DNA of 24,408 bases, taken from IMG/VR virus record IMGVR_UViG_3300035427_000001, one strand, 5' to 3'. Numbering within the stretch: the stretch's first letter is position 1; every line of letters starts with the position of its first letter. This document shows positions 24,056 to 24,408 of the stretch, in pieces. Under the pieces are notes generated by a model. That model ran no database searches and was not told the DNA's origin. It saw only the letters and a list, made by a program, of their open reading frames with translations. The DNA is from an uncultured virus (IMG/VR IMGVR_UViG_3300035427_000001). Its lineage: Duplodnaviria; Heunggongvirae; Uroviricota; Caudoviricetes. Both the position numbers and the translations under genes were made by a program.

Positions 24056-24408
24056 TTACTTTTTCCCTTTCTTGCCCTTACCTTTGGTTTCTTTCTTTGC
24101 TGGCAGTTTGAGACCGAGTTCTTTGGCAATTGCTTTACGGAGTTTTTCGACGTCGTCTTCATCGTAATCGTCTGGGTCAGTTTCAAGATCTTTGTCGTCG
24201 CAGACATCCTCAAGTTCTTCGAAGTCCATTTCGGCAAGTTCTTCACCGGTCAGTTCTTCCTCTTTTTCTTCCTCTTCGGAATCATCATCATCATCTTCCT
24301 CATCTTCATCAGACGATTCCTCTTCTTCTTCCTCTTCTTCCTCTTCGGAATCATCTTCCTCTTCTTCTTCCTCTTCTTCTTCCTCTTCGGAATCATCATC
24401 ATCATCGT
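24056..24408 (-). CDS. C-terminal part of a hyper-acidic protein with a short helical (HEH/Rho_N-like) domain and basic tail
   Basis: Frame reads ...DDDDSEEEEEEEE...ELAEMDFEELEDVCDDKDLETDPDDYDEDDVEKLRKAIAKELGLKLPAKKETKGKGKKGKK*; start lies outside the window. Confidence 0.8.
   Translation of the reverse strand, partial: DDDDDSEEEEEEEEEEEDDSEEEEEEEEEESSDEDEEDDDDDSEEEEKEEELTGEELAEMDFEELEDVCDDKDLETDPDDYDEDDVEKLRKAIAKELGLKLPAKKETKGKGKKGKK

Noticed and set aside
24031..24246. 71-aa minus-strand ORF in the track
   Set aside because: Alternative frame of the acidic protein that ends at 24056
1..24408. Stop-codon reassignment as in some gut phages
   Set aside because: Standard code gives intact TerL, MTase and endolysin, and dense gene packing
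24255..24408. TCT/TCA/TCC triplet repeats as a tandem-repeat element
   Set aside because: Explained by poly-Glu/Asp codons of the partial CDS
1..24408. Assignment to a named phage family (crAss-like, Flandersviridae/Gubaphage)
   Set aside because: Cannot be established by eye; needs TerL/portal phylogeny

Overview
A 24.4 kb segment of an AT-rich tailed dsDNA phage. The host is most likely in Bacteroidota, because many copies of the Bacteroidetes TAnnTTTG -7 promoter element are present and the translation starts lack Shine-Dalgarno motifs. Left part, minus strand: partial portal, T4-like terminase large subunit, a membrane-anchored protein with a C-terminal beta-signal, an AT-rich hairpin spacer, then a translationally coupled unit of N-acetylmuramidase endolysin, HExxH membrane protein and divergent C5 DNA methyltransferase. 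Next come a short + strand cassette (Zn-finger protein, two small membrane proteins) and a BACON/Ig-like gene. Between 7.5 and 11.0 kb lie three non-coding blocks that share one motif vocabulary (TTGCCTT, AGGCCATTAATGG, GGTACC, ATAATACCTA). The largest (about 10170-11040) has mirrored strand composition and nested inverted repeats, so it is a candidate origin, genome end/packaging signal or large ncRNA. From 7.8 kb to the end are about 36 mostly small minus-strand hypothetical genes, often in promoter-gene-hairpin modules with a recurring ATAGAC leader motif. They include acidic proteins, a KTSC protein, a possible remote small terminase, and Lys-rich and Asp/Glu-rich proteins. All product calls come from recognising motifs by eye; no database search was run.
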